The notes beneath the pieces were generated by a model, which saw only the letters and a program-made list of their open reading frames with translations, did no database searches and had not been told where the DNA came from. A DNA stretch of 64,000 nucleotides from Selaginella moellendorffii (Eukaryota; Plantae; Lycopodiophyta), in the NCBI RefSeq assembly GCF_000143415.4, contig NW_003314318.1:372001-436000 (forward strand), in the 5' to 3' direction. Made by a program: the position numbers and the translations under genes. This document shows, in pieces, positions 63,012 to 64,000 of this stretch. Numbering within the stretch: the stretch's first letter is position 1; every line of letters starts with the position of its first letter.

Positions 63012-64000
63012 ATGGCAAGGAATGATAAGATTTCGTCGCACAAGCGTGGCTCGACATCATCATCCTCACTCTCTTCTTCCTCGGCCGCCGCCGCGGCAGC
63101 AGCAGCGGCAGCAGCTGCGGCTTCAACTGGAGCCACTGCAGTCACAGCAGCAAAACGCACTGTCGAATGGTAGCAATTGATCGGAGCTTACTTTGTCTCT
63201 CATTGTGTTCTTGCCTTCCAGGGTAATGACATCAGATGTCCCAACAGATATATCCGTGGAAGTTGCCGGTACGAGCTTTGCACTCCACAAGGTGGGTGAA
63301 TTCATACACGATGGTCCATTATCTCCTATACATTCCAGCACCATTAGCAATCACAGAACTCCCACAAAACTATTGAAGTTTTCTCAAACTTGCCTGTTTA
63401 ATGTGCTAACAGTTCCCACTTGTGTCACGGAGTGGAAGAATACGGAAGCTGGTTGTGGAGACAAGAGACTTAGATCCATCACAAATCAAGTTACTGGAAA
63501 TACCAGGTGGTGCAGAAGTATTCGAGCTGGTAGCCAAGTTTTGCTATGGAATCAACTTCGAGATTACCACTGCAAATGTTGCGGTCTTGAGGTGTGCTGC
63601 TCACTACCTCGAAATGACTGACGATTACGGAGAAGGAAACTTGGTGGTCCGCACCGAGACATACCTCAACGAAGTCGTCATTCAGGATTTCTCTGTATCG
63701 CTAGCTGTATTGCACAACTGTGAGAACCTCGTCCCATTAGCAGAAGAGCTCAAAATTGTGAGCAGATGCGTTGATGCGGTAGCAGCTATAGCCACGGCCT
63801 CGCTACCTTCAAGAGAGCAACTATCTTCAAGCATGGAGTACAACGGCAGCTCGGGATGGATTGACAGCCAAGTTCAAAGCTGTAAAACAGATCACTGGTG
63901 GTCAGAAGATCTGGCAATTCTGAGAATCGACTTCTACCAGCGTACCTTAGCGGCAATGATGTCCAGAGGTTTGCTGCACGAAAGCATTGGAGGAGCGCTG
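63012..64000 (+). CDS. BTB/POZ-NPH3 (NRL family) protein, 5' part, runs off the window
   Basis: Exons give MARNDK...poly-Ala...KRTVEW | VMTSDVPTDISVEVAGTSFALHK | FPLVSRSGRIRKL...IPGGAEVFELVAKFCYGINFEITTANVAVLRCAAHYLEMT...GNL...WWSEDLAILRIDFYQR. Confidence 0.93.

Overview
Eukaryotic plant nuclear DNA. The very compact genes, ~50-60 bp introns, tiny intergenic gaps and many PLS-class PPR genes point to the lycophyte Selaginella; this is an inference, not a database result. The gene-dense block at 1-32.3 kb holds an SP-RING (MIZ) SUMO-ligase-like gene, FIP1, two PPR genes, alanyl-tRNA synthetase, thylakoidal processing peptidase, DUF506, selenium-binding protein, a decayed 18S rDNA fragment, F-box/LRR, ALDH2B, OVATE and an RPD3-type histone deacetylase. 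A transposon island at 32.6-48.7 kb holds a Gypsy RNaseH/integrase remnant and a complete small TRIM whose LTRs carry the 5S rRNA internal promoter (Cassandra-like). It also holds a decayed Ty3/Gypsy element interrupted by a young 7.7 kb non-coding LTR element with satellite-filled LTRs, a 362 bp foldback of its own protease region, and a second related LTR. After an assembly gap and AT-rich DNA, a second gene block at 50.6-64 kb holds a tRNA pseudouridine synthase, a PTB-like PiT/PHO4 phosphate transporter, two abutting PPR genes, a P-loop kinase, an inverted pair of tRNA-Ala genes and the 5' part of a BTB-NPH3 gene. Multi-exon genes are given as start-to-stop spans; exon boundaries were read by eye.
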